Shown here piece after piece: positions 1 through 8,414 of a stretch of 64,000 nt of DNA (positions are counted from its first letter, which is position 1; each line of letters opens with the position of its first letter). Source of the stretch: Carpediemonas membranifera BICM (taxonomy: Eukaryota > Protista > Fornicata). Position numbers and translations under genes: made by a program. The notes beneath the pieces are model-generated. The model saw only the letters and a program-made list of their open reading frames with translations, was not told the DNA's origin and did not search any database. The DNA is taken from the NCBI GenBank assembly GCA_019828565.1, contig JAHDYR010000021.1:124001-188000 (forward strand). The letters are read 5' to 3'.

Positions 1-1205
1 TGTGGCTGAGGAGTACCGGCCGGCACTGAAGCCGCGACTTGTCGATGGGGGCGTGGGGGCACTTGTTGTAGAGCTTGGGGAGGACCGACTGAGAAAGGGA
101 CTTAATGGCTGAGTTCAGCTTGCCGTCAGTTGGGGCTTTCTCACGGAGAAAGCGCAGGAGGGCGTCGATTGGTGTGCGCCACCAGTTGCAATCGGTTTGA
201 TCTGTGTCGAAGTGCTTGTCTGCTACGGTGACTAGGGCTTCAAGGGCGATAATGGCGGCGTCTGAGGGTGTGGATGGGTCGGGGCGAGTTTCGCGGCCTT
301 CAGAGAGGAGGTAGTTCAAGAACGTAACCATAAGCTCCTCAAAATAGGTCTTTGTGTCCGCATCCTCGTCATCCATGGCGCATTGGGACGCTACATGCCC
401 AACGTGTATTCTTAGCCCGTCAAGCTTCGGGTGCAGCCTGCAGCGGGGTATTTGCTGCATAACTGGATGTGCAAGCACTCCAACTGCGACTAGATGCGCG
501 TGCATCGATCGAAACCCACGGCGATTGAGCTTATTCATCAGACACGACGTCAGCTGGTCTATTCTGACAAAACTCCATGTTGCTGTCGAAGAAGAGAACG
601 AACTCATCGCGAGATACAGCTGGCACTCACTGCTCAAGATCCGCGAGATGCAATAAACTCCGTTCAAAAGAAGCGAGTACGTGTTGCCAGAGAGACAAAG
701 AAAGCAAAGCTGCCATCCGAGTCTGACAACACCCAGCGATGCGTCATCAGCTGGGCTCTGACCGTGGCCATCCCAAAGCAAAAAAAAGCAACAGCTGCAC
801 TCAGGGCTGAGCTCGGGGTGGACAATGAGATCCGAACATCGTTCAGCCACTTTGCCTCTGGGAAAGCCCCTAGGCGTGTTAAATGGTGTGAGCTTTACAT
901 TTCGTGCGTGTGGCTGCTCAGCGGGAGCCAAAGTGGTCGATGAGACTCACAATGGGGCGGCGGATGAGCAGGAAGACGTAGCAAACGAATAAAAGAACCA
1001 AAAAGATGAAAAGGGACCCGTAGATGCGCTTTTCGTACGTGAACATGCCATAGTAATCGAACCTGATCGACATTGTTAGCAGCTTCTTCTTCATGGACTT
1101 CATGGGAACAAACGGAGTACGAGCGTTCGGTACATCCCGAGTGTTGCTGGTTTCAACCTCGGATGGTTTGTTTACAGGTGTGTTCTTTCTGTTAACGACA
1201 ACCAT
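1..1205 (-). CDS. Hypothetical membrane protein, 3' end outside window; intron 914-950
   Basis: ATG at 1205 and a hydrophobic helix (LFIFLVLLFVCYVFLLI). A 37-nt GTGAGT...GCAG intron joins in phase to a frame that stays open to position 1. Confidence 0.6.
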
Positions 1206-1250
1206 GACGAAATAGCAATGTTAAACTGCGAAATATGGTACAACGATCGT

Positions 1251-1949
1251 TCACCGCAGGGCGCCCTGAATCCGCATGTCTCGCATCTTCTGCGTGAACC
1301 GAGCAAACGTATGCTCGCTCTGGCGCTTACTAGGCGGCCTCTCAAAGGAAGCAACGGGGTGATCCTTGGCGCCAATCTTGGCGGCCCTCACGCGGTAGGC
1401 TTCTTCAAGCTCGTAGCCTTGGAGAATATCGTCTGTCATTGCATCCACGTCACTCAGGAGTTCTGGGATGACCAGCATCCTCTCGATTTCATCTTCTTTG
1501 GTGCGTTCCCGCTCTCGCCCGTCGGCAAGCGGCTCCTCTCCGTCCATGCCCACACGGCTCCTGAAGCCGTCCCATACGACCTCAAGTGATCTAAGGGCAT
1601 CGTGGACGTGGTTTCTTACGCCGTCGTTGAGCGCGCTCGTCTCCTTGAGCTCAACCTCCATCCTGTCGGCTTCTTCGACGCAAAAGAGGTACATCCGCTC
1701 CTTCAGCTTCGCCTCTTCAAGCTCAATGTGTTTCTCTAGCAGGGTTTTGCCGTCAGAGGCCTTTGCCATCACTGGTGAGTCCACAAGCTGCCGTGCTGTT
1801 TCCATCAACGTCTGTCCCTGGACCTCGTCCTCCTCGCCGCGCACAATCGGTGCGGCACGACGTGCACTGCCTTCGTGGTATCTTGGCCCCACAGAGGCAT
1901 ATCTGTTTCGATTCATTGGCGAAACCAAGTCGTTTTCTCGTTTTCGCAT
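1251..1949 (-). CDS. Hypothetical coiled-coil protein
   Basis: ORF with coding-like composition. First ATG outside the transposon is MRKREND at 1949; the longer ORF call reads into the element end. Confidence 0.6.
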   Translation of the reverse strand: MRKRENDLVSPMNRNRYASVGPRYHEGSARRAAPIVRGEEDEVQGQTLMETARQLVDSPVMAKASDGKTLLEKHIELEEAKLKERMYLFCVEEADRMEVELKETSALNDGVRNHVHDALRSLEVVWDGFRSRVGMDGEEPLADGRERERTKEDEIERMLVIPELLSDVDAMTDDILQGYELEEAYRVRAAKIGAKDHPVASFERPPSKRQSEHTFARFTQKMRDMRIQGALR

Positions 1950-1986
1950 TTTTGCCCGCCGAGCTTGTGCTATTGAAGGGTCAAAC

Positions 1987-2008
1987 AATGTGTTTATACT
2001 GCGCAACA
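1987..2008 (+). repeat. 22-bp direct copy of the element's right terminus (AATGTGTTTATACTGCGCAACA)
   Basis: Identical to 3556-3577. Also at 61996-62017 and 63561-63582, where the match extends to 25 bp. Confidence 0.9.
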
Positions 2009-2213
2009 CTGCCCTGTCTCCCTCCTACTCACGTCTTAAGTCGGTAGGGAGATCGTCTTCTCCAGGGCTTCCACAAAGCGTCTTCTTCGTGGACGTCAGC
2101 ACAGCTGCAAACTTCACAATCGCTCACACGTCGTCTCATTGTCTTCTATTCCACATTAAATTCACTTCTACACTTGTATATGCTGGTAATGGTGTTCATC
2201 GTCGGCTCTATAT

Positions 2214-3497
2214 GTGTGCGTCTGGGCAATTGCAGACGGAGTGGAGACGTTGAGTGGCCTCATCAGCCACTTCAACGGGGAGTACTCGATGTCGCTCCGC
2301 CAGCCTCGCCTCGTGTCGATCGTGCCCATGGCCCCCGTCCGACCGGGCTTCATGGCCTACGGTGAAACGATGGGCCAACTGAACGAGAACTTCTGTCATC
2401 GTGTGGGAATTAATCCCACACTCCCACACGCCACCAAACCGTTGACAGAAGAGCAGGAGGAACCATACCAGAACAACCCCAGGTCAATGGGCCGTCTGCT
2501 CAGCCTGAGCACCGATGGGGTCTGTGTGGCGGTGACGATTAGGAGAGGCTTCGGCCACTATCGGCCACAACATGATGCGAGCATGCCTGTTCGAAAGCGA
2601 GCGAAATGGCGGGAGAAAGAGCGCCCCCGACTCGGGACCAATAATGCCGATGCTCCGCCCGCGCCGGATCCTGATGCCCACCTCATGGGGTTCGACCCGG
2701 GCGCGAGGTCCATCGGAGGGTATTACATCAGGCACCCCGATGGCACCACCAGCTCCGGCGTCCTTCCAAAGTGCGGATACACTAAGACGCCAAGGTTCGG
2801 CTTTGATATGACGGCCGCGTCGTTCAAGAGTACAAGACTAGTGAGCATCAACAACTCTATTAGGTTTGTGCTGGACAACGCGAACGACATTTTCGAGGCT
2901 GGAATGCGTAAGTCTTTCCGCCGAGTGCGCTTTGCGAACCACATCCTTCGCCAGAAGTACTTCGCCCACTGCGGCCAACAGTTGGCTCGGGAGTTCGGTC
3001 GCCACCATCCCATCGCCACCTCCATTCGCCTGAAAGTCTTCTACGGGAGCTCGGGATTCACCACGCCTGCTGGTATGTTCATTCCTTGCGCGCCATATCG
3101 AAAGTTCGCGAGAGAGATAGTTCCCCTTCTCAAGAGGTATAACATTGTCGTCGATCTTAACATGGTTAACGAGGATCGCACCACCGTCGTCTGCCCTCAC
3201 TGCCACGCCCCCTACAAGCGAGTTCGTCCGCGTGATGACCAGCACGTTCACCCACATCGTGTGATGCTCTGCGAAAATCCACAGTGCCGTGGTGCTCAGT
3301 GGCGCGCAACAGTTCCTGATGCTCTGAATGTTGATCATCGGGACAAGAGTGCTGCAGAGAACATCCTGTGGCGTTCTCTTGCCACGGAAGATGAGCTCAG
3401 TGGCTCTCCGTTCAGTCGCACATCGATCCCGCGCCTTCCAACATCATTCCAGCATCATCAATTGGCTAACCGCCAACATTCGTCTACGGACGGATGA
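2214..3497 (+). CDS. Fanzor1-like (TnpB homolog) RNA-guided endonuclease
   Basis: RuvC-I LMGFDPG (D at 2694), VFYG, rearranged RuvC-II NEDRTT (E at 3171) just before CPHC, second Zn pair CENPQC, RuvC-III HRDKSAAENI (D at 3342), plus the upstream STDGVCV motif. First in-frame ATG is 2289; true start uncertain. Confidence 0.88.
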   Translation: MCVWAIADGVETLSGLISHFNGEYSMSLRQPRLVSIVPMAPVRPGFMAYGETMGQLNENFCHRVGINPTLPHATKPLTEEQEEPYQNNPRSMGRLLSLSTDGVCVAVTIRRGFGHYRPQHDASMPVRKRAKWREKERPRLGTNNADAPPAPDPDAHLMGFDPGARSIGGYYIRHPDGTTSSGVLPKCGYTKTPRFGFDMTAASFKSTRLVSINNSIRFVLDNANDIFEAGMRKSFRRVRFANHILRQKYFAHCGQQLAREFGRHHPIATSIRLKVFYGSSGFTTPAGMFIPCAPYRKFAREIVPLLKRYNIVVDLNMVNEDRTTVVCPHCHAPYKRVRPRDDQHVHPHRVMLCENPQCRGAQWRATVPDALNVDHRDKSAAENILWRSLATEDELSGSPFSRTSIPRLPTSFQHHQLANRQHSSTDG

Positions 3498-3577
3498 TGT
3501 TGTGCAGTTTGGCACTTTGATCGTTCCTTTCAGGCCCTGTCTGGGAGGTTCGAAAAATGTGTTTATACTGCGCAACA
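3498..3577 (+). ncRNA. Putative omegaRNA scaffold of copy A1
   Basis: Runs from the stop codon to the terminus. TGTTGTGCAGT pairs with ACTGCGCAACA, GGCAC with GTGTT, and CCTTTCAG with CTGGGAGG. The position matches known TnpB/Fanzor guide RNAs. Confidence 0.65.
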
Positions 3578-3589
3578 GAGCTTGCTGCA

Positions 3590-3754
3590 ATGGCGGGCTC
3601 CTCGTCGCGCTATCTGCCACAGTCGCCGAGTCGCTGGAACATCCACCGGCTCAAATTCGACATCACCGTTGCACTCGCTGAGGGTAACTGCCGGGTCTTC
3701 AACGCCTCCAAGGGGGCGACTTATCCAATTTATGATTGCTTACGTAAAGGTTGA
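3590..3754 (+). CDS. Small ORF or gene fragment, paralog of 31448-31594
   Basis: MAGSSSRYLPQSPSRWNIHRLKFDITVALAEGNCRVFNAS matches the second copy at 31/40 aa. Confidence 0.45.
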   Translation: MAGSSSRYLPQSPSRWNIHRLKFDITVALAEGNCRVFNASKGATYPIYDCLRKG

Positions 3755-4247
3755 GATTGGTGGCGACAGAGACATAGGCGTGAACTAGTAGTCATGAGAG
3801 GGGATGTCATGGGCGAGGCAGTACGCGTGGTCCCGGTGTGCGATGGCGTAGTTATGGACGCAGGTGACCATTGCCTGGAGGCGACTGACCCCTCCTTCTA
3901 ACCCTCTTCGACTTGAACAGATTGCCGGGCGCGGTGTCCAGTGGCGAGATGCAGTGCGCGTGTGTGAGAGTGTGCAGGTGTGAGACGTGCGTATCGGACC
4001 CCGGTGCGCTGCTGATTGGCTCGACTTTGGCGAGGCTGATTCATCGAGACGAGACCAAGGTTCAGGGTGATGGTTATAAGGAACACTGCCCGCCGAGCGC
4101 CGACCGATGATGGACACCGTTCAGGCATCATGGTTGATCTTGCAGGAGCTCACTGGTGACGTAGAAAACAAAGTTTATCAGAAGGCGACCAGACTGATTG
4201 TCAAAAAGACCACAGTCAAAAATGGTCGGAAATGGGCAAAATAATCA

Positions 4248-4994
4248 TCAAGCATCTACGGGTTGAATATGGCCTAGAGCTTGGTCGAAAAGGGCCTTGT
4301 TCTGCTCATAAAGAGCAATGATGTCATCGGGCAAAAAGCTGCACGAGACTCCAGCCTCGACAGAAGGAACGCTGCTCGTAGCACCAGAAGATGCGGGGGT
4401 GGCCACATCAGTCGGGGACTTCTTGTCTTCAAGAGCAGCGCCGCTGAGGATGTCTGCGACGGGTGTCTTAACGTCGTGGGTGTACGTCTTGGTCGGCATG
4501 CCGCGGACACGGGCATTCTGGAACCAGGACTTGACGCGGAGGGTGTCGAGGCCGGTAAACTTGGAAATATTCACGATCTGATCGTGTTTGGGGAAACGTA
4601 CGTTTGCGAGAAAAATGGCGGTCAGCACAGAAGTCTGGGTGGACGAAAAAGCCGACCCACGAGCCCGGGAGTTCGGGCGATTCATTAACTTCTTCTTGCT
4701 CTGGCGCTTGGAAACTGCCGTGATGGGCGAGGGGTTAGAGGGCTTGCAAGAAACAACCTTTCCTAAAGGAGAAGGGGAAACGGGGACAGGTGAAGCAACG
4801 AGATCATCGCAGAAGTTCCATTCGGGGTGGTTAAAAATCGAAGGAACGTCGAGATCCACGGAGAACTCAGAGCCATCCGAAGAAAAAGTCGGATTGCTGA
4901 ACTCAGACGATGTTGAATCACTGCGCTCCAAAAAAAGAGCAGGGGGTACGGAAAGGTTGATGCAAAGCTCCTCAAAACCAAAAATCTCGGCCAT
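4248..4994 (-). CDS. Homeodomain transcription factor
   Basis: RARGSAFSSTQTSVLTAIF...FP...TGLDTLRVKSWFQNARVR, a helix-3 WFQN signature. Confidence 0.8.
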   Translation of the reverse strand: MAEIFGFEELCINLSVPPALFLERSDSTSSEFSNPTFSSDGSEFSVDLDVPSIFNHPEWNFCDDLVASPVPVSPSPLGKVVSCKPSNPSPITAVSKRQSKKKLMNRPNSRARGSAFSSTQTSVLTAIFLANVRFPKHDQIVNISKFTGLDTLRVKSWFQNARVRGMPTKTYTHDVKTPVADILSGAALEDKKSPTDVATPASSGATSSVPSVEAGVSCSFLPDDIIALYEQNKALFDQALGHIQPVDA

Positions 4995-5208
4995 CAAAAG
5001 CGGCAAGATGGAAAAGCGCGTCTCGCTGAAACTGAAATTCTGTCGGCAGTGACTCCGGCGACTGTGGCCAAAATTAGACACGCAGAAGGCTCAAATCATC
5101 GCCTCTAAATGCTCATCAAATGCAATAAAAGTGGTTTAGTAGTCACATGGATTCTACACCTCGTTCTCCGTCTTTCCTGCAGTCGCAGAGTTGATAACAA
5201 ACGCCATC

Positions 5209-7686
5209 TCATATGGTCATATACTCCTTCAGCACTCGTGCGGCCTCCCGCCTGTTCCCTGAGTCCGCCAGCAGCCGCGCCATGTTCACTGCTGCCGGAC
5301 GCTGGGCCCGCTCCAGCTGCCACGACGACACGGGCTGGGTCGGGCCGGAGTCGTATTCGGACGGCCGGCCCTGTAGTATACTCATATACATAGGGGAACA
5401 TAAATGGACCATCCGGCAGTACTGCAGCATCCGGGCCGTGTTGTACGCCGCCTCCGCCGGGTCACCCCGAAGCTCGCTGTATCGCGCCATCCGCTCGACA
5501 GCCTGGACGACCTGGTCGTTCTTGTTCGTGTTCCGGTTGGCCCTACGCCGCTGGGACGTGAAGAGGAGGCTGAGGCCGAGCATGAAGTGGGGCAGGGGGT
5601 CGCCTGGGCACTTGGCCGCGACCTCCTCGAACCTGGGCACGGCCTGCTCGTACGAGCCGTGCCAGAAGGCCGTCGAAGCCCTGAACAGCGTGCCATACGT
5701 GTTCTTCTTGAATATGGCGGCCTTGTAAGCCTTCCTGGCGACCGACCTCGTCTCCTGCAGCAGGAAGCTCTCCCACAGCCGCTGCGAGTCCGGGTGCTGT
5801 TCGAGCAGCGCCACGTCGAGCTGGCTGTGGGACGACGTGCACTGGGCTCCGATGAGCACCGTGAGGAGCCGCAGGTTGTCGTACAGGTCGACCCGACGTT
5901 GCCCGCCCCAGATGTCGAGCATGCGGGACGCCACGGCCGCGTTGATGAGCTTCGAGGCGTCTGCAGGCCTGTTCTCCCGCACCAGCTCGAGGGTGACCCG
6001 GATGGCGACGGTGTAGAAGCGGTCCTGGGTCAGCACGGTCGGGATGAACTCGTTCAGCAGCAGCGCAGTCGTGCGGGAGAATGCTGACGACCGGAACGAC
6101 GTATCCGAGCGGCTGGCGACAGTCTCGGCCCGCACCCCGCGGCAGACGTCGACGATGGCCTGCGCCCCGTCGCCGACACTGCCGTGAACCCAGCCGAGGA
6201 AGTGCCGCAGGGCGTCGGTGGGCCTGTCCGCGGGGAATGGGCACTGGTACGGCCCGACCAGCTTCCCCAGCGGGCCCGAGGTCACCGCGGCGTTCGGCTC
6301 AATAAAGCCCAGGAGCCAAAGGCATGTGTCCTTCAGGCCTAGTCTACCACACGCGTTGGCGGCCTTGAGGACGGTCGGGGCAGTCGGGTCGACCGCAAGC
6401 ACGCGAGAGTACCTTGTCAAGAGCTCCCGCCGGCCCGCATGGTCGAGTTTGGCCAGCCGCTGGAGCAGAGAGTCAGCGAGGATGAGGTTGACGGCCATTG
6501 CCATGCTCGGCACGGCCTCCGTCACCGCCAGCAGCCGCAACCCCTGGGCATATACCGCCTGGTCGGACGCCGAGACACACGTGCGGCCGAGCTCGAAGTA
6601 GAGGTCCGCGAAGTCATCGATGGGCGGGGCGAACCGCTCAATGGCGGCGAGAGCGTGGGTCCATTGTCGCGTGTGGACGAAGGCGATGGCCAGACGGACG
6701 AGTAGCTCAGGGTGGAGCCCGTTGAGCCCACCGACGGTGTGCTTCTGGATGGTGGTGATGACCGTCGTGTAGTTGCCCGCGATACCGTGGACCTCAGCCA
6801 GGATGTTGAGAATGCCCAGGTCGGGCTCCGCGGCCGAGTCCAGCAGCTTCTCGAGGAAGCGGACGAGCCTGCCGTACAGCTTCGTCTCGAGGTAGTACTC
6901 CACGCACAGCTGCAGCACCGCGGGGTCCGGGCGGACGTGGTAGAGGGCCTCAAGACAGCGGCCGGCCCCGCGCATGTCGCCGACGACGCGGTATGCACTG
7001 TGTGTCTCGATGAGATGGGCCCCAAGGTCGTCCTCGTCCTCAATGAACGGGGTCATCTTCCTGAGGCAGTAGAGGTAATACTGCTCGTGGCCTGTCCGCT
7101 GGGCAATGTCGGCGCAGATCTTCCACGGCTCCTTGGCCCTCCGAGACAGGTGGGCGGCCACGAAGAAGAAGTCCAGCGCTACCCGCTCGCTGCCTGTATC
7201 CTCGAGGGAGAGGCCGATCAGCCGGTATGGCTCGGGTGTCTGGGGCGCGAGGCGGATGGCATCCATGCACAGCCGGACGGTCTCCACACGGTTCTGGTTG
7301 ATGAAGGCGATGTTGGCGCGGCCGAGGAGGTCCGTGACTGCGGCGGGGAGCCGCATCTCCCCCAGCGAGCGGACCTGGCTCCGCGTCCGACGGCGGGGGA
7401 GGTGGAGGCTGCGGGCCTCCTTGTTCAGCTCAGCCTCGAACTCGTCCTCTTCTTGCTCCTCGTTGATCGAAAATTGAACGTCTTCGGCGTCTACGTCGAG
7501 GTTACCGCTCCTAAGGTTGCTGTCGATCTGAATGAGGAGCGTGTCGATCATATCGTGGTTCCTCTGGATGAAATCACCTCCATCGTCTACATTATCGTCT
7601 CTATGGGGCGGTATTTCCTCTCGAAGGCCCTCATCGTCGGACATTATTCCGCTGTGCAGATTAATGGCAGGTCGCCCGGTCGCCAT
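5209..7686 (-). CDS. GTF3C3: TFIIIC TPR subunit (Tfc4/GTF3C3-like)
   Basis: Acidic N-terminus, TPR array (LLGRANIAF...AIRLAP..PEPY) and C-terminal EAAYN...SGN motif. Start may be 7644. Confidence 0.75.
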   Translation of the reverse strand: MATGRPAINLHSGIMSDDEGLREEIPPHRDDNVDDGGDFIQRNHDMIDTLLIQIDSNLRSGNLDVDAEDVQFSINEEQEEDEFEAELNKEARSLHLPRRRTRSQVRSLGEMRLPAAVTDLLGRANIAFINQNRVETVRLCMDAIRLAPQTPEPYRLIGLSLEDTGSERVALDFFFVAAHLSRRAKEPWKICADIAQRTGHEQYYLYCLRKMTPFIEDEDDLGAHLIETHSAYRVVGDMRGAGRCLEALYHVRPDPAVLQLCVEYYLETKLYGRLVRFLEKLLDSAAEPDLGILNILAEVHGIAGNYTTVITTIQKHTVGGLNGLHPELLVRLAIAFVHTRQWTHALAAIERFAPPIDDFADLYFELGRTCVSASDQAVYAQGLRLLAVTEAVPSMAMAVNLILADSLLQRLAKLDHAGRRELLTRYSRVLAVDPTAPTVLKAANACGRLGLKDTCLWLLGFIEPNAAVTSGPLGKLVGPYQCPFPADRPTDALRHFLGWVHGSVGDGAQAIVDVCRGVRAETVASRSDTSFRSSAFSRTTALLLNEFIPTVLTQDRFYTVAIRVTLELVRENRPADASKLINAAVASRMLDIWGGQRRVDLYDNLRLLTVLIGAQCTSSHSQLDVALLEQHPDSQRLWESFLLQETRSVARKAYKAAIFKKNTYGTLFRASTAFWHGSYEQAVPRFEEVAAKCPGDPLPHFMLGLSLLFTSQRRRANRNTNKNDQVVQAVERMARYSELRGDPAEAAYNTARMLQYCRMVHLCSPMYMSILQGRPSEYDSGPTQPVSSWQLERAQRPAAVNMARLLADSGNRREAARVLKEYMTI

Positions 7687-7902
7687 GACCCAACGCCAGT
7701 CTTGTTTGCCTTGTACTACACGCCAGTGAATACACCACTGACTTGTGTCGCTGTCCCGCAGGAGATCCGCTCATTCTCCGACCACTGCCCTTCCACGTGG
7801 TCGATGATCCTGGAACCTTCAGCTACAAGACTGGGATCTACTATTTAAACACGATAACAATAACGTCGTCCGGGCCTGTCGTGTGCTCGCCGCACCCCTG
7901 CC

Positions 7903-8293
7903 TCACGCCACCTTGCCCCGCAGCCACCCCTCCATCATGTCACAGTCGAACGTCAGCGACTGGGATATAGCCTCGTATTGCTTCACCACCTCCTTGGCCT
8001 GCTGGATGGCATCTAAGAGTGTCTGGCGAGTGGCCTTGAGCTGATTCACACGGTCCTTGAGATGATCGATGTCCTCACGGCCCTCTGTGTAACGTGTATT
8101 GGTAGTTATGTCACATACTTTGCGTCCATGTCCCGCCAATGAAGCGGAGGTGCGCTGATTCGACACCACCAACGAGATTGAGCTGGATTGGCCGCTTGAG
8201 AACGTCTTTGTCCTCGGGGACCATATTTGAGACCAGCTTATTGATCTTATCGTACTTTTTGCCTTCAAGAAATGGTGTAGCTATCGCAGACAT
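7903..8293 (-). CDS. Small coiled-coil protein; intron 8085-8118
   Basis: A 34-nt GTATGT...ACAG intron joins the two overlapping ORFs in frame. Confidence 0.55.
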
Positions 8294-8414
8294 CGATATT
8301 TCCGAGGTCCGAAATTCTCATCGCGCAGGTTATGTCAGCATCCAAATATGCCGACAGACTCAAGAGAAACGAGTGGGTGAAAGGCGTTCAGGTTTATAAT
8401 GGTCCGAACAAAGC

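Larger units (their letters stand above)
1966..3577 (+). mobile_element. Fanzor-carrying non-autonomous DNA transposon, copy A1 (1612 bp)
   Basis: Starts TGTGCTATTG, ends TGCGCAACA. Flanked by GAGCT at 1961-1965 and 3578-3582. Near-identical to 61996-63603, with similarity ending at the termini. Confidence 0.92.

Noticed and set aside
1468-2253. 261-aa + strand ORF running into the element
   Set aside because: Antisense to the host gene and crosses the insertion junction; no ATG inside the element in this frame before the Fanzor ORF.
1987-3577. CRISPR array or true LTR retroelement suggested by the 22-bp direct repeat
   Set aside because: Only two repeat units 1.5 kb apart, no spacer series, and no gag, RT or integrase ORF.
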